DNA of 32,000 nt from Corynebacterium amycolatum (GTDB taxonomy: Bacteria > Actinomycetota > Actinomycetes > Mycobacteriales > Mycobacteriaceae): NCBI RefSeq assembly GCF_049243625.1, contig NZ_CP046975.1; one strand, written 5' to 3'. The position numbers and the translations under genes are program-made. The notes under the pieces were generated by a model that worked only from the letters and a program-made list of their open reading frames with translations, ran no database searches and was not told the DNA's origin. How positions within the stretch are numbered: position 1 is the stretch's first letter; every line of letters starts with the position of its first letter. Shown piece after piece: positions 30,686 to 32,000 of the stretch.

Positions 30686-31501
30686 ATGGAGCATCCTGCG
30701 TATAGCCAACTGCGTCAGATTTCTCAGTCTGTGGGCGTCGTTCTGTGCCCGAATCCCAGCTACTCTTCGCTGGAAGGTACGAACTCCTACGTTATTAAGG
30801 CTGAGGGGGATAGCCGCAGCATTGTCATCGATCCGGGTCCGGAGGACGAGGGACACCTGAACGTCCTCCAGCGTTATGCCGGTGACGTCGCGTTGATTCT
30901 GCTGACGCACCGTCATGGCGACCATGCTGATGGCGCCGCGCGTTTCCGCCAGCTCACCGGCGCGCCGATTCGAGAGCTGGAGTCTCAGTACTGTGCGGGA
31001 GGTCAGGATCCGCTTGTCGACGGCGAACGTATCGTCCTCGACGGAGTGACTCCGCAGATTGAGGTCGTGGCAACCCCTGGTCACACCGCTGATTCTGTCT
31101 GCTACTTCATCCACACTGGTGATGGCGAGGATGATGTTGAAGGTATCGTTACCGGTGACACAATCGCTGGCCGCCACACGACTATGATCTCTGAGACCGA
31201 CGGCGACCTGGGTAAGTACATGGAAACCCTGGAAATGCTGGATACGCGCGGCAAGGGCGTACGTCTGCTGCCCGGTCATGGTGCTGACCTGCCGGACATC
31301 ACTGTAATGACGCAGAAGTACATTGAGCGTCGTAAGCTGCGCCTGCAGCAGGTGAAGGACGCCGTTGCCAAGCTGGGCGACGAGGCTACGGTCGACCAGA
31401 TTGTGGATGAGATTTACACCGATGTCGATCCGGTGCTGCGTCATGCTGCTGAGCAGTCGACTCGTGTGACCCTGCGCTACCTGCGCGATCACGGGGAGTA
31501 G
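30686..31501 (+). CDS. MBL-fold metallo-hydrolase (Rv3677c-like)
   Basis: Start set to ATG 30686 (RBS AGGATAGAGGAC). Motifs GTNSYVI, HxHxDH as THRHGDHADG, TPGHTADS and LPGHG. C-terminal winged-helix-like tail. Confidence 0.88.
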   Translation: MEHPAYSQLRQISQSVGVVLCPNPSYSSLEGTNSYVIKAEGDSRSIVIDPGPEDEGHLNVLQRYAGDVALILLTHRHGDHADGAARFRQLTGAPIRELESQYCAGGQDPLVDGERIVLDGVTPQIEVVATPGHTADSVCYFIHTGDGEDDVEGIVTGDTIAGRHTTMISETDGDLGKYMETLEMLDTRGKGVRLLPGHGADLPDITVMTQKYIERRKLRLQQVKDAVAKLGDEATVDQIVDEIYTDVDPVLRHAAEQSTRVTLRYLRDHGE

Positions 31502-31600
31502 TTGCTGGGCTTTGGCTTCGGCTTCGGCCGGTTGCTGGGCTGGGGTGGTCCCAGGTTGAGCTTGGGTTGGTCCTAGGTAGAGCTTGGGCTTGGGTTGTCG
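31502..31600. repeat. G/T-rich degenerate tandem repeats directly after the MBL hydrolase stop
   Basis: ttgctgggct twice (31502, 31532). ggcttc twice (31514..31525). A 22-bp tandem pair, ggtcccaggttgagcttgggtt / ggtcctaggtagagcttgggct (31547..31590), 19/22 identical. Confidence 0.8.
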
Positions 31601-31611
31601 CTTGAAAAAGG

Positions 31612-31652
31612 GCGTGTGACCTGCAGTTGTGCAGGTTGCGCGCTTTTTGTTT
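31612..31652 (+). terminator. Intrinsic terminator about 110 nt after the MBL hydrolase gene
   Basis: Core perfect stem acctgca/tgcaggt (loop gttg), extendable to about 14 bp with G-U pairs, followed by TTTTTGTTT (31644..31652). Confidence 0.7.
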
Positions 31653-31697
31653 GGGCTAGTGCTGGTTGGGGTGCGTTGTGGGGGGGGGTCAGCTCAA

Positions 31698-31873
31698 TCA
31701 CTTATCGATGAGGTATCCACTTGTCGATGAGCTATAGCGCACGCATAAGTGAACAGCGCATCGACAAGTGATTGATGCGGGGAGAAATCGGTGAATGGTG
31801 CATCGATAGGTGCCGGGAATGCGTCGATGAGTGGCAGAAAAGCGGGAAGCATCGACGGGAAGCATCGATAAGT
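31698..31873. repeat. Array of seven TCGA-centred 16-mers related to the palindrome CACTTATCGATAAGTG
   Basis: cacttaTCGAtgaggt (31698), cacttgTCGAtgagct (31717), agcgcaTCGAcaagtg (31754), ggtgcaTCGAtaggtg (31796), aatgcgTCGAtgagtg (31817), gaagcaTCGAcgggaa (31845), gaagcaTCGAtaagtg (31858). There are also two degenerate copies (cgcataagtg 31741; gattgatgcg 31769). Confidence 0.8.
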
Positions 31874-31910
31874 GCGCCAAAATTGGCCATAATTCGGCCG
31901 GTGGGGTGGG

Positions 31911-31938
31911 GCTGGCATGCCAGGCCAGCATGCCAGGC
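31911..31938. repeat. 12-bp perfect palindrome overlapping a 13-bp tandem duplication
   Basis: ctggcatgccag (31911..31922) is self-complementary. gcatgccaggcc occurs twice in tandem (31914..31925 and 31927..31938). Confidence 0.85.
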
Positions 31939-32000
31939 CAAGCGGGGAAGACAACAAAAATCCCGCGAGCCTCATGCGTTTTATGTGCTCCTACGGGAAC

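Noticed and set aside
31680-31687. G8 homopolymer as a phase-variation tract
   Set aside because: It is intergenic, with no ORF or obvious promoter spacer dependent on its length. Noted only as a possible sequencing or slippage hotspot.
31698-31735. DnaA boxes / replication origin (GTATCCACT, TTATCGATG, TTGTCGATG)
   Set aside because: There is only one 7/9 match to TTATCCACA, no dnaA/dnaN context and no AT-rich unwinding element. The motif family is better described as TCGA-centred.
31694-31975. Three overlapping minus-strand ORFs at the right end
   Set aside because: Their translations are dominated by the repeated TCGA motif (IDA, HR, ST strings). Starts lack an RBS and all three frames are open, which indicates non-coding repeat DNA.

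Overview
GC-rich actinobacterial chromosome segment. Gene order and protein families point to Corynebacterium (Mycobacteriales). Left to right: (i) a sortase-dependent pilus locus (major pilin LPMTG, class C sortase, minor pilin LALTG, 1077-aa vWA tip adhesin LPKTG) plus a convergent secreted S1 protease; (ii) an ~830-bp gene-free gap holding a decayed 3' fragment of an ECF sigma gene; (iii) a five-gene Asp23/AmaP-type envelope-stress operon (last four genes translationally coupled), one member carrying a ~225-aa periodic Pro/Arg/Val tail, convergent with an intact ECF sigma factor; (iv) a MacB-type ABC exporter operon (adaptor, ATPase, FtsX permease); (v) catalase katA; (vi) two tandem, leaderless, hyper-acidic paralogous small proteins that I cannot place in any family; (vii) a six-gene group-2 Mrp cation/proton antiporter operon; (viii) tRNA-Pro(CGG); (ix) a core block syntenic with the M. 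tuberculosis Rv3676-Rv3684 neighbourhood (metallophosphoesterase, GatB/YqeY protein, class A PBP with PASTA domain, divergent WhiB4/WhcA-like regulator, DUF4177 mini-protein, RidA, MBL hydrolase); (x) a gene-free right end packed with short repeat motifs. I saw no transposase, integrase, CRISPR array, rRNA or recognisable defence/toxin system. Most worth a second look: the acidic paralog pair (16590..17385), the sigma-gene relic that together with the intact sigma brackets the Asp23 operon (7191..7341 vs 10590..10700), the periodic proline-rich Asp23 fusion (8845..9519), the array of TCGA-centred motifs at 31698..31873, and several intergenic repeats (24498..24568, 25033..25108, 26617..26670). 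All calls rest on reading motifs in the supplied translations and the raw sequence. No database search or computation was possible, so family names are motif- and synteny-based.
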